Origin: Octopus sinensis
Taxonomy: Eukaryota
Direction of reading: 5' to 3'
Length of the DNA stretch: 64,000 nt
NCBI RefSeq assembly: GCF_006345805.1
Contig: NC_042999.1
Coordinates: 134,726,001 to 134,790,000, forward strand
Shown: in pieces, positions 26,735 to 39,566 of the stretch
Layout of the letters: each line of letters begins with the position of its first letter
Numbering within the stretch: the first letter of the stretch is position 1
Made by a program: the position numbers and the translations under genes
Notes under the pieces: model-generated
Told to the model about the DNA's origin: nothing
The model's database searches: none
Seen by the model: only the letters and a program-made list of their open reading frames with translations

Positions 26735-26940
26735 TATGAAGGCGGTGAGATGGCAGAACTGTTAGCACGCCGAGCAAAATGTATAGCATCATTTCGTCTG
26801 TCTATATGTTCTGAGTTCAAATTCCACTGAGGTCGACTTTGCCTTTCATCCTTTCGGGATCGATAAAATAAATACCAGCTGATGTAATCGACTATACCCC
26901 TCCCCCGAAATTGCTGGCTTTGTGCCAAAATTTGAAACCC
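26735..26940 (+). mobile_element. SINE family A in tyrosinase intron 1
   Basis: aaggcggtgagatggcagaactgttagcacgcc...gagttcaaattcc...gtcgactttgcctttcatcc. Confidence 0.8.
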
Positions 26941-27178
26941 TTTCATAAATATACATATATTTATATTTGAATGTTAATCATCTGAAAATTTTAATTCTTT
27001 GCCTTTTATTTATTTACATGTGTATATATTCAGTATATCAAACTCAAGGAGTTTTATGTGTTTGCATCATTGTCTACATACACAGATATATCCATTCCTC
27101 CATCCATCCATCCATCCATACATACATACATACACATACACATAAATGCATACGTACATACATACATACATACATACA

Positions 27179-27210
<32 letters not shown>

Positions 27211-27477
27211 CGCATGCATAAATACATATATACTAAGAAGGAGAGTAAAAATGTAAGACTGACATATAAAATGGAAATTAATATTTTAAAAGACAACTTT
27301 CACAGAAGAAGGAAAAAAATATATTTGATATGAAAACAAATCTCCTGTTCTTTCCAGAATAATAGAAATCTTTCATCGAAAACAGAAATCAAAATTAAAA
27401 GGCATAACTTCAAATAAAACTTATAAACGTTTGCTGTGTCCTAATCATTATGATTTTTAAAATTATTTCTTTTACAG

Positions 27478-27590
27478 AGACTGTCACCAAATGTATTCGA
27501 TTCTATCGCCTTCCTGCACACTGGTGATACTGCAAGAAACGCCCATGCTGGTCCTACATTTCTTCTCTGGCACAGAATCTATTTGAGAAT
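27478..27590 (+). CDS. Tyrosinase-like gene, coding exon 2 (CuA site)
   Basis: tttacAG acceptor ending 27477, donor at|GTAAGT at 27591. The 113 nt translate RLSPNVFDSIAFLHTGDTARNAHAGPTFLLWHRIYLR, with the three CuA histidines (LH, AH, WH). Phase 0 in, phase 2 out, matching both neighbours. Not in the ORF track. Confidence 0.93.
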
Positions 27591-27810
27591 GTAAGTCATG
27601 CAATCAAGTATTATTCTTCCAGGTTCCTTCTGCTCTTTTCCTGTTTCTTTATCTCTTTCTTTATTGATTTTTTAAACTTTTGCCTCTTTCCCTTCCCATT
27701 TTTCCGTTATCTTTTTGTGTTCTTATTTTCCTCCTCCCCCTCTCCTCCTCCTCCTCCTCCTCATCATCATCATCATATTATTATTATTATTATGATTATT
27801 ATTATTATTA

Positions 27811-28735
27811 TCTTTCGATTCTATTTACATTTCTTGCCGAGTGTCTTTCTGACATCTAGGGCAGGGAAACGTACTGTATACATTGGTAGGCCATTAAAAC
27901 AAACACATCAGACTGTTCATTTACAGAATCATGTGTTAGAGGAAAAGGAAAAAATAAAAAATAGAAAAGTAAACAAATAAAATAAAGGTGTGGTGGGGGA
28001 GAAAATTCAAGCGACAATGCTCTTCTCAATACGTGTGACGTACCGGTTAAGACAATCTTTTGCACTTCCTGCATGTATGGTAAGCCAGGGATCGTTCTTT
28101 AAAAAATTTCAGTTTCGTTTTTTTTATCATTTCAGGATGGTGCTTGTACCATTTGTCAGCAGTTTTGATTTTATAATGCCCACACATTATCCATTGTAGA
28201 TATTGGCCAACTCTGTCATGTCTTGATTTGTACTCTACAGGTGCTAAAACCTTACACCCAGAGATTAGATGGTCAACTGTTTCTATCCCATCGTTGCAGT
28301 ATCGGCACTTTGGGTCTACACCATTTTTCATCACATTGGCTTGATAGTACCAGGTCAATAAGCTCTGATCTTGGGCAACCAAAATAAATCCTGTACTCTC
28401 TGACTTTAGCCCTGAGCTCCGTAGCCACTAAATGGGTATGCTTCTGATCTACATCAGCTTGTTTGCTACGGGCCATATATTTGCCATGCTGAGGTTTTTG
28501 TTCCCACCTATCAGCCAATTGTTCAAGCGCAATTTGCTTTGCTATTGAGTTCAACTTCTTTGCAACTACAGCTGCTACACTTTCCTCATGCTGTTCAACC
28601 TGGATATTATGTATAAACTCACTTGAAAATTTTTTGCTCTCCTTCATAACAGACTGAATCTTCTTACGTCTTTCATGGTTTTTAATTAGCTTTAGCATCC
28701 AGTTGTTAGATGTTTCAAGATATTTTTCCAGTTCA
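27811..28735 (-). mobile_element. R4/Dong-like 3' fragment in tyrosinase intron 2
   Basis: AQDQSL...CRYC..ETVDHLISGC (CCHC knuckle) and QEVQKIVLTGTSHVLRRALS; 3' UTR resembles that at 36530-36626; flanked by (ATT)n/(ATC)n. Confidence 0.85.
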
Positions 28736-28758
28736 GTTGTGGTGGTTATCATCATCAG

Positions 28759-28827
<69 letters not shown>

Positions 28828-28840
28828 TATCGTCGTCGTC

Positions 28841-28881
<41 letters not shown>

Positions 28882-29416
28882 CAACTATGATATTGAATAA
28901 ACACCTATGCTTTAAATATATTAGTATATATAATATGAAGTAAACTACAAGATATTTATAAATTTCCATTTCAGATGCAATTTTTTACATTAAGAATAGC
29001 GTGAAACCCATTTAGACTTCTTAATTTGTTAACATAAATCGAACGCAATAATAGACACCCCATATATCTCATTATTTATAGGAATTGTGAGTCATGTTGC
29101 TCCATCAATTTGTTTTTCAAAGTAAATGATATCTACAGTCGCTGTGCACACACATATTCTGCGATCACTGGGGGCGTACACTCCCATCCGATCTTAAAAG
29201 TCTAAGATAAGTTTATAAATATACACTAACCTTTGCTGGCGAATTCTTGAGATATGCCAGTATACAAAAGATTAAAGCGTCTCTTGTACTAGAACAATTT
29301 GTGCATAATATAATTTTCCCTTGATAAATGAAATTAGTTAATCGATAAAAGTAAATATGTATTGAAATATGTTTTCTACGTATTAAATAGGGTTTACATT
29401 TTTTTTTTCATTTTAG

Positions 29417-31227
29417 CTTGGAAGATGCTCTTCGTGAAAAAGTACCTGGTGTAACAATTCCATTTTGGGATCCAACTCTTGACAGTCATCTTCCTAATCC
29501 TCGAGATTCCACTATGTGGTCAGATGAGTTAATGGGAACTATCAATGGTTTCGTCACTAAAGGGCCGTTTGCTAACTGGAAAACACCAATTGGTTATCTA
29601 GTAAGGAACGGGGGTTTCAGTACAAGGTTACCGACAAGTAGTAACATCGAAGATGTTCTCACTCGAACGAAACTCGAAGAGATCTCTGAACCAAATGCAG
29701 AAGATCGATATAACCTTGAATCCATGCATAATTCTATGCATGTTGCTATTGGAGGTCACATGGCTCGGGTACCATCATCGCCCATGGACCCAGTTTTCTG
29801 GCTACTCCACAGTTACGTAGAACTTGTCCACACGCGTTTCACTGAAAACCAAAGGCGACACAACGTTAATCCCGCAACAGATTATCCTTCGAATTATGGT
29901 TTAAATGTTTACGCTCCCAATCAAAGTATTGGTCTTATGAATTTAACCGTTGCAGAAGCATTAAAAAATACTAGTTCTTACACTCATTTCTACAAATATG
30001 ACTATAGTTACTTGAAAAACTGTACTCTCGATCCAAAGGTATGTAATTCTCCATACCTAACCTGCAATAATGGTAGATGCGAGTCGAAATCTAGAAACTC
30101 AACTCGTTGCAGTACTTTAATTCCCTATCAGAATATGTTTTGTATCAACCGTAGATGCGATGTAGATGAATGGGCATTTATTCCGGTTGAAGTTATTTAC
30201 GAACGACCTTTCGACACGATGAAATTTGGAAATTTTCCTATCAAAAACGGCGTGCCGAATTTGCTGAATGATCTGTATGATGATAATCGACTTCAAAATT
30301 CCTCCGGTAATTCTAACAGAAATAATTGTCAAATAAACAAGTGTTGTGGTCCTGCAGGAAGACTCAATGTTCGAGCTATTGGTTTAAATTATTTTGGAAC
30401 CTATGAAGAGATGGCGGTGATAGATCGCAGATTAGCTGTATCATCGGATATATCTTACTTGGGGATCAGAGACCCGCAGAAAAATAACAGTGTAGTATTT
30501 TTGTCAGCGTCAGAACAATGTGGAAGAATATGTCGTCCTTCTTGTTTAGTGCCGGGTTCAAATCCGCCGAGATACATACAATGTATAGGATTGTTGAACA
30601 TAACACGTTACAACGCTACTTTGTACGGTAAAACACTCGCAGACGCTTACATGAACGTGTGGGATTATGGAAACCAGATACGACCGAAACTGAGACATGA
30701 AAATATTCCAATAGTGTTCCATTGTGATGACAGCCAGTGGCCATTTAACAACAACAATACATCTACAACAACGACGACGACGACGACAACAACAACAACC
30801 ACCACAATACTGCCGACAACAACAACACCACTACCAACAACAAGTACAACATCAACGACGACAACAACAACACCAACTCCAACGACGACAACAACAACAT
30901 CAACGACGACAACCACAACACCACTACCAACAACAACAACCACAACACCAACTCCAACGACGACAACAACAACCACAACACTACTACCAACAACAACTAC
31001 AACATCAACGACGACAACAACAACATCAACGACGACAACAACAACATCAACGACGACAACAACAACAACAACCACAACACTACTACCAACAACACCAACC
31101 ACAACACCACTACCAACAACAACAACCACAACACCAACTCCAACGACGACAACCACAACACCAACTCCAACGACGACAACAACAACACCAACTCCAACGA
31201 CTACAACAGCGACAACTACATATGGAA
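29417..31227 (+). CDS. Tyrosinase-like gene, coding exon 3 (CuB site, Cys-rich C-terminal domain, Thr/Pro-rich stalk)
   Basis: ttttAG acceptor ending 29416; at+c gives WHRIYLRILEDALREKVPGVTIPFWD. CuB motif HNSMH...DPVFWLLH; molluscan tyrosinase-like Cys-rich region (WAFIPVEVIYERP, GLNYFGTY, IPIVFHCD); donor aa|GTAAGT at 31228 (phase 1). Confidence 0.93.
30759..31220 (+). repeat. Coding ACN-rich repeat encoding a ~154-aa Thr/Pro mucin-like stalk
   Basis: In-frame TTTTTPLP / TTTTTPTP / TTTTTTS units built from ACA/ACG/ACC codons within exon 3. Confidence 0.9.
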
Positions 31228-31343
31228 GTAAGTGGCCTTTTTTTATCATATCATATGTTCATATTACATCGTGTTTGTGTAAGAGAAGGCCTAGTAGTCT
31301 GGTGATCGTAGTAGTTTAATGTAGGTGGTGGTAGTCCCAGCTG

Positions 31344-31725
31344 GTGGAGGCGCAATGGCCCAGTGGTTAGGGCAGCGGACTCGCGGTCATAGGATCGCGG
31401 TTTCGATTCCCAGACCGGGCGTTGTGAGTGTTTATTGAGCGAAAACACCTAAAAGCTCCACGAGGCTCCGGCAGGGGATGGTGGTGATCCCTGTACTCTT
31501 TCACTATAACTTTCTCTCACTCTTACTTCCTGTTTCTGTTGTACCTGTATTTCAAGGGGCCGGCCTTGTCACTCTCTGTGTCACGCTGAATATCCCCGAG
31601 AACTACGTTATGGGTGCACGTGTCTGTGGAGTGCTCAGCCACTTACACGTTAATTTCACGAGCAGGCTGTTACGTTGATTCGGATCAACCGGAACCCTCA
31701 TCGTCGTAACCGACGGAGTGCTTCC
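31344..31725 (+). mobile_element. tRNA-derived SINE in tyrosinase intron 3 with 11-bp TSD (different head, same 3' half as family C)
   Basis: A box tggcccagtgg, B box gtttcgattcc; TSD agtcccagctg at 31333-31343 and 31726-31736; 3' ~200 bp shared with 21120-21295. Confidence 0.9.
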
Positions 31726-32234
31726 AGTCCCAGCTGATTTAACTAACTGGAGTGAGGATGGGGATAGCTTTATTAGGATTAAAGTAATCAAAATGTGAGA
31801 CAGTGCAGAGCAACGTAATCTAGGGTAGTAAAGAGTTTTACTGCAGGTAATGTTGAATCTTCTATGCAATGGATTGTCTAAATGGATAGACTTTGATTGT
31901 ATGGATTCTGACTTCATGTTTCGTCACGATTTGCAATACGTCCTTATACGAGGCAAAAAACAATTATATCCATCATAGTTACATAGGAACCAAATGTTAT
32001 TTTACATATGTTATTGTTCAGTACTAATTTCTAAGTTTTGTTGTGTTAAGCTGATTAAAATATATCAATAAAGGTATTTTTTAATTAACGGTGATTTGAA
32101 TTCAGTTAGGCATGTCATTAACATATCGGACAATTCTACATTGCCGCCGCGTAGCAATAGGTTAACTTTATTATATGCACTACCTACTCATCTATATATA
32201 TATGTGTGTGTGTGTGTGCATGTGTGTGTGTGTG

Positions 32235-32290
<56 letters not shown>

Positions 32291-32832
32291 TATGTGTGTG
32301 TGTGTGTATAGATGAAGTGTCTTGTCTACATATTAATTATTGAGAGTGACAATGGACACAAAGCCTCCCTTAATATTATTCAAACTGAAAGCGGCGAGCA
32401 AGCAGAACCGTTACCGCGCCGGGCGAAAGGTTTAGTGGCATTTCGTCTGTCTTTACGTTTTGAGGTTGTCTTTATCTTTCATCGATAAAATAAGTACCAG
32501 AAATAAGTACCAGAAATTTCTGACTTTGTGCCAAAATGTGAAACCGGTATTACTCAAACTGCCAAATTCCATACTGGTTTTCTGGCATATACATTTATCA
32601 AAAAGAGAAAAATGCTAAGAGACAATCAGAACCTTTTAAATTCTTGGTGAACCTGACAACCAATGCAAGTGCCATTTCTTTGTTGTTACATATTAAGGGT
32701 AAGCTCAGCCACATCAAGCTTGCAACTCTCAACTTTACAAACGCCAGGACTATTAGTCTGTAAAGAATTGCAAATACTAGGCATATTACTGAAATTGTAT
32801 TCTTTCTAATGTTTCTCGTTTCTCTTTTGCAG

Positions 32833-33020
32833 ACTGCTACAATCCCAGGAGCTGTACCTCTAAGAAACGATGTCGATGTAAAGATGGAGATAAACAATCT
32901 TGCCGAAAAAGTTGTTCCCATTATGCTATTTGTTACTTTGGTCGTTACTATAAGATGTCTTGTGGCTACGGTCGAAGGTTTGAAAAGTCCATTGGAAAGT
33001 GTGTTTATGGATACTGCTAA
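32833..33020 (+). CDS. Tyrosinase-like gene, terminal exon 4 (chitin-binding type-2 / peritrophin-A domain)
   Basis: tctcttttgcAG acceptor ending 32832. Phase-1 reading gives (N)CYNPRSCTSKKRCRCKDGDKQSCRKSCSHYAICYFGRYYKMSCGYGRRFEKSIGKCVYGYC* with C-x13-C-x5-C-x9-C-x12-C-x4-C spacing and aromatic residues; TAA at 33018-33020. The four exons total 2430 nt, divisible by 3. Confidence 0.85.
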
Positions 33021-33351
33021 TACTAAGCAATATTCCCATTGATGTTACAATTGAAATGTTTCTCAACTACAGACCTTTGCATAGTAATTTGAAGAGGACA
33101 TAACCATCTAACACCCACCGCTGGATTGATTGACTGATGAATGGATGGATGATGAGTAGAATAAATGAATGAATGAATAAATGAATGAATGAAGGAAGGA
33201 ATGTATGAAATGAGAAAATGAATTGTGATATGAAAATCTATATAGAATCCGGTACTAACTTTCAACAAAAAGGTGGATATTTGATTTGGTTAATATTTTT
33301 CAGTTAATTATTTATTCGTCGAAATTCTTATCTAATCTTACTATAAAGCTC

Positions 33352-33357
33352 AATAAA
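33352..33357 (+). terminator. Candidate polyadenylation signal of the tyrosinase-like gene
   Basis: AATAAA ~330 nt after the stop, followed by T-rich sequence; other AATAAA at 33160 and 33177 sit inside a (GAAT)n repeat. Confidence 0.35.
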
Positions 33358-33844
33358 TATATAATTACTTTAGATGTTCTGATGGTTTTTATTTTTTTAC
33401 TCGGAAGTCCCTTGCGAAAATGGTAAACTATTTGGAATTAAATGAAGGGAGGAATGATTTTACCGAATTTGACGTCTAATTTCCTTATAGTGCACACCAC
33501 TCGTTTCGGAAATGATGGAAACAAGTTGATCAGAATCAAAGAGACAACATATTTACTTGTTATAAACATTTGATCGACGTATTGGGTTCTTTCCATCTCG
33601 TTCATACAGATCAATATTTGTATGGTATGATGGCGATGACCTAAGAAAATTGCATAACATCGCATTTAATGCATTGAAGTATTTACTTATGTCCCTCAAT
33701 TATCAAAGTCCCAAACCTGCCAAAATCGATTTTTTTTGTCTTCTTTCCTATTTTTGTTTTTAATAAAATATGAATCAATATTATTTGAGGATCGACAATA
33801 TAACCTGCCTTATGCATAGCGAGAACCTTTCGACATCGTAAAGC

Positions 33845-34080
33845 AGTACCAATAAGAAGAGGAGGAGTGGGATGGAGGAAGATGAAGGAAAGGAGGGGAA
33901 GGAGGAAGTGGTGGAGGAAAAGAAAAACGGAGGAGGAGGAGATGCTCAAGAAGGAGGAAGAGGAAGAGAAGAAGAAGAAGAAGAAGAAGAAGAAGAAGAA
34001 GAAGAAGAAGAAGAAGAAGAAGAAGAAGAAGAAGAAGAAGAAGACAGATAGACAGATAGACAGACAGACAGACAGACACG
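33845..34080. repeat. Purine-rich (GGA)n/(GAA)n/(GACA)n microsatellite
   Basis: Direct reading. Confidence 0.9.
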
Positions 34081-34514
34081 AATGTAGAGGGAAATTTTTT
34101 GTTTCATTGGGAAAAGGCCACAAATTTTGGAGAAAGTCTATTAAGCCACCGCCAACTTTCCACAGGTACAGTCTATCTGACTCGATCCAGTCAAGATTTG
34201 AACTTAAGGCACAAAAGACCATAATTTATGATAAAAGACAATTTACTGCAGTTTTCTGCCATTCTTTTTCTTTCAGGCCTGAGCTTAAATTCGCCCAAGC
34301 CAGTATAGAAGGTACTTGCGCTAGACTATGCCCCTTTAAAACACTGTATATCAATGTTGACGATTTCAAACACCCACTTCTAACTGTTCATATTTTAGCA
34401 TATGACAACGGAAAGAAGCCTTTGTTATTAACGTAGGGGTTGTAGTAAGAATAGTAAGAATAGTAGGAATAGAGAAGTATTAACAAACCTCTCTTCTCCG
34501 TATTTCTCAACCTA

Positions 34515-35606
34515 CGAGGGGTGTTCAATAAGTAATGCCCCTGACCCACTTCCCATAGCAGTAGAGCAACGAAACTTGGCACAGGTATTAGTCTTTTTCT
34601 ACATAGGAACAACCCAGAGGTACGCATTTCTCCCATCGTTTGATGCAGTTCTGGAGACCGTTTTCGTAGAAGACCCCAGCTTGGTCCTCCAACCACGACG
34701 TGACTTCAGAAATCAAGGCTGCATCATCTGGGAAACGCTTTCCTTTCAAAAACAACTTCATGGCTGGAAAGAGATGAAAATCAGAGGGTGCAAGGTCAGG
34801 AGAGTAGGGGGATGGGGGAAGAGTTCATAGCCATACGCCTGTGCTTCTGATCTGGCGACACGCGAGTTGTGGACCGGAGCGTTGTCCTGCAGGAGGAGGA
34901 TGCCTTTGCTGATCTTGCCCCGCCTCTTGGTTTCGATAGCTTCTCTTAATTTCCACAAAAGTGAAACATGATAGGCTCCTGTAATTGTGGTACCCTTTGC
35001 TAGGAAATCTGTCATCACTACTTCGTCCTGGTCCCAGAAGACTGTGAGCATGACCTTGCCAGCGGAGGGCTGCATCCTTGCCTTCATTGGAGGAGGTGAG
35101 TCATGGTGCTTCTACTGCATTGACTGGGCTTTGGTCTCTGGATCATAATGATGGACCCAGGTCTCATCCTGTGTAATCAGTCTTTTGAAAAATTTTAACT
35201 CATCTTCTTGGCACATCCCTAAATTCTCGCTTCTGGAATTCTTGCGTTCTTGCTTCTGGAAAAGTGTGAGCAACCTGGAAGTTCCGACCATGTTTGAATT
35301 CACGATGCCAGCGTTTTACAAGGTCATATGATGGGGCATCATCACCATAAGTTACTTTCATTTCATTAAAAGTCTCCTGTGGTGTGCGTCATTTCAAATA
35401 CAAAAACCGGATCACTGCTCGACACTCAACATGCTCCATTTCCCACTTGACTCATTTCAAACACCTGTAAATCAGAAACCACAATTAGTTCGGAGCTGTA
35501 ATTTGCCACTTAATCTATAGAGATATCAATAATTGCACATGAAAAATTTCAGCTAGATCAAACAAAGGCAAGTGTGTCAGAGACATTACTTATTGAACAC
35601 CCCTCG
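34515..35606 (-). mobile_element. Defective mariner transposon, irritans subfamily-like
   Basis: TIR cgaggggtgttcaataagtaatg at both ends, TA at 34513-34514 and 35607-35608; ITQDETWVHHYDPETKAQS, SAGKVMLTVFWD, LLLQDNAPVH, HPP motifs; frameshifts and internal deletion (1092 bp). Confidence 0.93.
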
Positions 35607-36048
35607 TATAGGCACCAGCAGATGTTCAACATAACTTCGCATCGCATGCAATGCTCGAGTACTATACGAACGCGTGTAGGATGGTTTCATCGGTCCGCAT
35701 GCATCTTCAGTATGCGCTGCTAACAGTACTACCATGTCTGTAGCGTTTATCCCTAACCAGCAATGTCCTTCCTCCAACCATGTAACACTGCCGAGCCAAG
35801 GAATTTTGAAAATTATCCATGCGCCCTGGCCTGAAAGTCCTCTGGAAAAGACCAGTTGATCCTAATCGACGGCCAAAGTTTCTCCAAGGAACGTCGTCGC
35901 ACTTGCCGACCACCAACCTATAGAATGCCATAGTGGAACAACCACCGACCACAATGCCCGATCGGCAGAGCGCCTGACGGCACTCATTGTGTCGGGTACC
36001 CTACGTTAGTTGGGCTACGCTTGATCTAGGACTACAGCTCGGTCAAAT

Positions 36049-36087
<39 letters not shown>

Positions 36088-36109
36088 AATAATAATAATA
36101 ATAATAATA

Positions 36110-36624
36110 AAATGTAACGATTCTGTGGGACTTTCCAGTACATACAGACCGAACCATCAAGGCCAATAAACCAGATATTGTTGTGAAAGACCAAAACAAT
36201 AAAGTTTGCTTATTGATCGACATGAGCATCCCCTGTGATCATAATATCTCACGAAAGAGTTTGACAAGCTCAGAAAATATAAAGACCTACTCATTGAAAT
36301 TGAGAAAAGGTGGCATCTCAAGGCGGTTACAATACCAGTGATCGTAGGAGCACTAGGAATGATCAAGAAGGGAACCGAAAATTATATGAGAATGATCCCT
36401 GGCTTACCATCCCTGAAAGAAGTGCAAAAGATTGTCTTAACTGGTACATCACACATATTGAGAAGAGCATTGTCGATGTGAGAACTGTTGCTGCTCATGT
36501 ATTTTAATTTAACTTAAAAAAAAAAATGAACGAACTATTGAGTTTGGTTTAATGGCCTACCAATGTATACTATGAGTTTCTTTGCCCTAGGAGTCGGGAA
36601 GACACTCGGCAAGAATGGAAGCAA

Positions 36625-36626
<2 letters not shown>
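36110..36626 (+). mobile_element. R4/Dong-like 3' fragment
   Basis: ILWDFPVHTDRTIKANKPDIVVKD (PD-(D/E)xK nuclease), KYKDLLIEI, VIVGALG; (AAT)n on both sides. Confidence 0.85.
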
Positions 36627-36674
<48 letters not shown>

Positions 36675-36687
36675 TAATAATAATAAC

Positions 36688-36779
<92 letters not shown>

Positions 36780-36781
<2 letters not shown>

Positions 36782-37160
36782 TCAGAGATCATGAAGAAAA
36801 AAAATGCTTTCTAATTGATGTATCAATACCGGCTGATGACAACGTGTCTCTAAAAGAAATGGAGAAACTCTCAAAATACAAAGACCTGGAAATAGAGGTA
36901 ACTAGAATGTGGAATCTGAAAACAGAAACAATTCCTATCATAGTAGGTGCATTAGGCATGATAAAAAAATATTCAGACAAATACATAACAAAAACACCAG
37001 GACTTACAAACACATATAACATACAGAAAATTGCACTACTAGGTACTGCACACATCCTACGCAGAACACTTTCCATACAATAACCATCAGAGCATCACAA
37101 CAAATCACAGCACATACCCAAGGCACACAGAGCTGTGCTCGGTAGTGAAGTGAAAGCAAG
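36780..37160 (+). mobile_element. R4/Dong-like 3' fragment
   Basis: ORF 36844-37083 KLSKYKDLEIEV...IIVGALG...IQKIALLGTAHILRRTLS; (AAT)n on both sides. Confidence 0.88.
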
Positions 37161-37193
37161 CTATAAAAATAAAACTACTGAATAATAATAATA

Positions 37194-37245
<52 letters not shown>

Positions 37246-37249
37246 TGTA

Positions 37250-37363
<114 letters not shown>

Positions 37364-38359
37364 GGAGGAGGAAGGGGACTGATAAGTGTGGAAGACTGCG
37401 TGCGTATCGAACTCGAGAGTTTAATGAAATACCTCACCTACAGTAAGGAAACCTTGAAAGTGACAGTTAGGAACGAAGGAGTATTGAGAGTAGAAAAAAG
37501 GGAAAGCAAAGGAAGAAGTACAAAAAGGACATGAAGAAGAATTATGTAAGAAGGGACTACACAATCAATTTCATGTAGCCACAACAGAAGTTGCTAGAAA
37601 AATAGGTGGGATTGGCTGATGAAAGGAACCCTAAAAGGAGAGACCGAGAGCACTATACTGGCAGGGCAGGACCAAGCTCTGGCCACGAACTGGAGGGTCA
37701 ACCTAAAGAATGAGAAAGTGTCGCCGCTGTGCCGCATCTGCAATGGAGTGGATGAAACCATTGCCTATATCACGAACGAATGCCCTAGATTTGCCTAAAA
37801 ACACTACAAGTTGTAGCGACACGACCAGGTAGTGAAAGTGCTACATTGGAAACTGTGCGAAAAGTGGGGGATAGTGAGAAGCAAGACATGGTATGAGAAC
37901 AAACCGCAAAGAGTGACAGAGTCGGAGACTAGCGGAATCCTCTGGGACCTCCCAATCCAAACAGACAAGACCTAATGGTGATGGTCAAGGTGCACCACAT
38001 ATGCTACATAGTTGACGTTGCATGCCCTTTGACCCGCGAATAGTCAAGAAGGAGGGCGAAAAGATAGATACAGCCCTCTTAAGTACGAACTACCCAGGTT
38101 ATGGAAAACGAAGAAGTTGAAGCTAGAACCAATTATTGTTTGGTCCTTAGGAACAGTATCAGAATACATCAAGAGAAATATAAAGGAAATTGGAATAGAA
38201 TGCCCGGTAGAACTGTTACAAAAAGTTTGGCACAGCCAGAATAATCAGGAAAGTGTTAGATAGCTTAAAAGAACGAATAGCATGGTACCGTAGGCTGCTG
38301 GTAATAAGCCCGCTAGGCATGCAACAATCCACGATCTCCAAACGGCCTGTGATAAAGGG
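37364..38359 (+). mobile_element. R4/Dong-like 3' fragment (second subfamily)
   Basis: AGQDQAL, CRICNGVDETIAYITNEC knuckle, RHDQV, ILWD motifs with stops; (AAT)n on both sides. Confidence 0.8.
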
Positions 38360-38598
<239 letters not shown>

Positions 38599-38641
38599 AA
38601 GAAGAGAAGAAGAAGAAGAAGAAGAAAGAAGAAGAAGAAGA

Positions 38642-39321
38642 ATAGACAACACATCAGGAAGTGATAAGTGCAGAATTTCTGGACAAAATGGTGAAACCGT
38701 ATGGCATATCACCCTATTACCTGTCAATGTACGCCACTAGCTCAGAAGGAATATAAAAGACATCAGGACAATATAGCAACGCTTGTCCACTGGAGACTTA
38801 GCAATAAGTATGAACTTGACAGCAAAAATTTGGTACGACCGTAAAACCGAAGGCATCATCGGAAATGATAATGCAAATATCCTGTGGGATTTTATGATTC
38901 AGTGCGACCCTGAGATAGAGAATATGAAGCCGGACATAGTCTTAATTGAGAAAGAAAGCAAACTATGCTGGGTCATACATATAGCATACCCAGCTGACAA
39001 CAAGGTATGCGATAAGGAAGAAAGAAAAGTCAATAGATATGACAGGTTAGTTTGGAAGGTTAAGAAGTTGTAGTCGATGATAAAGGTGGTAATAGGACCA
39101 ATAATTGTCGGAGCCCTGGGAACAGTGACTAAAAATCTTCAGAAGTACATGGAACAAATACGGACTGCAATAAGGGTGGAGCACTTGCAGAAAACAGCAC
39201 TGCTTGGAACCGCACGAATACTCCGGAAGGTGCTCGAAAAATAAGGGGTGTTACCTTAGTTCACTGGTAGTGAACAGCTGACACCGTAGTACATCTTCAG
39301 CGTTAGAAGCTGTGCAAAGGC
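38642..39321 (+). mobile_element. R4/Dong-like 3' fragment (third subfamily)
   Basis: ILWDFMIQCD..ENMKPDIVLIEK; IIVGALGTV; LQKTALLGTARILRKVLE; preceded by (AAT)/(GAT)/(GAA)n and followed by (AAT/AAC)n. Confidence 0.82.
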
Positions 39322-39391
39322 AATAATAATAACAGCAACAACAACAACAACAACAACAGCAACAACAATAATAACAACAACAACAACTACT

Positions 39392-39461
<70 letters not shown>

Positions 39462-39483
39462 CAACAACAACAACAACAACAAC

Positions 39484-39545
<62 letters not shown>

Positions 39546-39566
39546 TAATAATAATAATAATAATAA

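Noticed and set aside
30665-31305. Val-rich (-) and Gln/Arg-rich (+) ORFs overlapping exon 3
   Set aside because: They are alternative frames of the Thr-repeat, which is stop-free because of its composition.
31228-31319. Read-through C-terminus SKWPFFIISY... as a membrane anchor
   Set aside because: It follows a perfect GTAAGT donor and runs into intronic sequence next to a SINE; more likely intron.
32809-33042. 77-aa ORF MFLVSLLQTATIPG...
   Set aside because: It begins in the polypyrimidine tract and is in the wrong frame; the spliced phase-1 frame encodes the Cys-patterned chitin-binding domain.
33867-34436. 189-aa Lys/Glu-rich ORF
   Set aside because: It derives from (GGA)n/(GAA)n repeats plus random open sequence.
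35610-36045. GC-richer segment next to the mariner, possibly an RTE 5' end or R4 3' UTR
   Set aside because: Only faint motif resemblance; orientation and family could not be determined.
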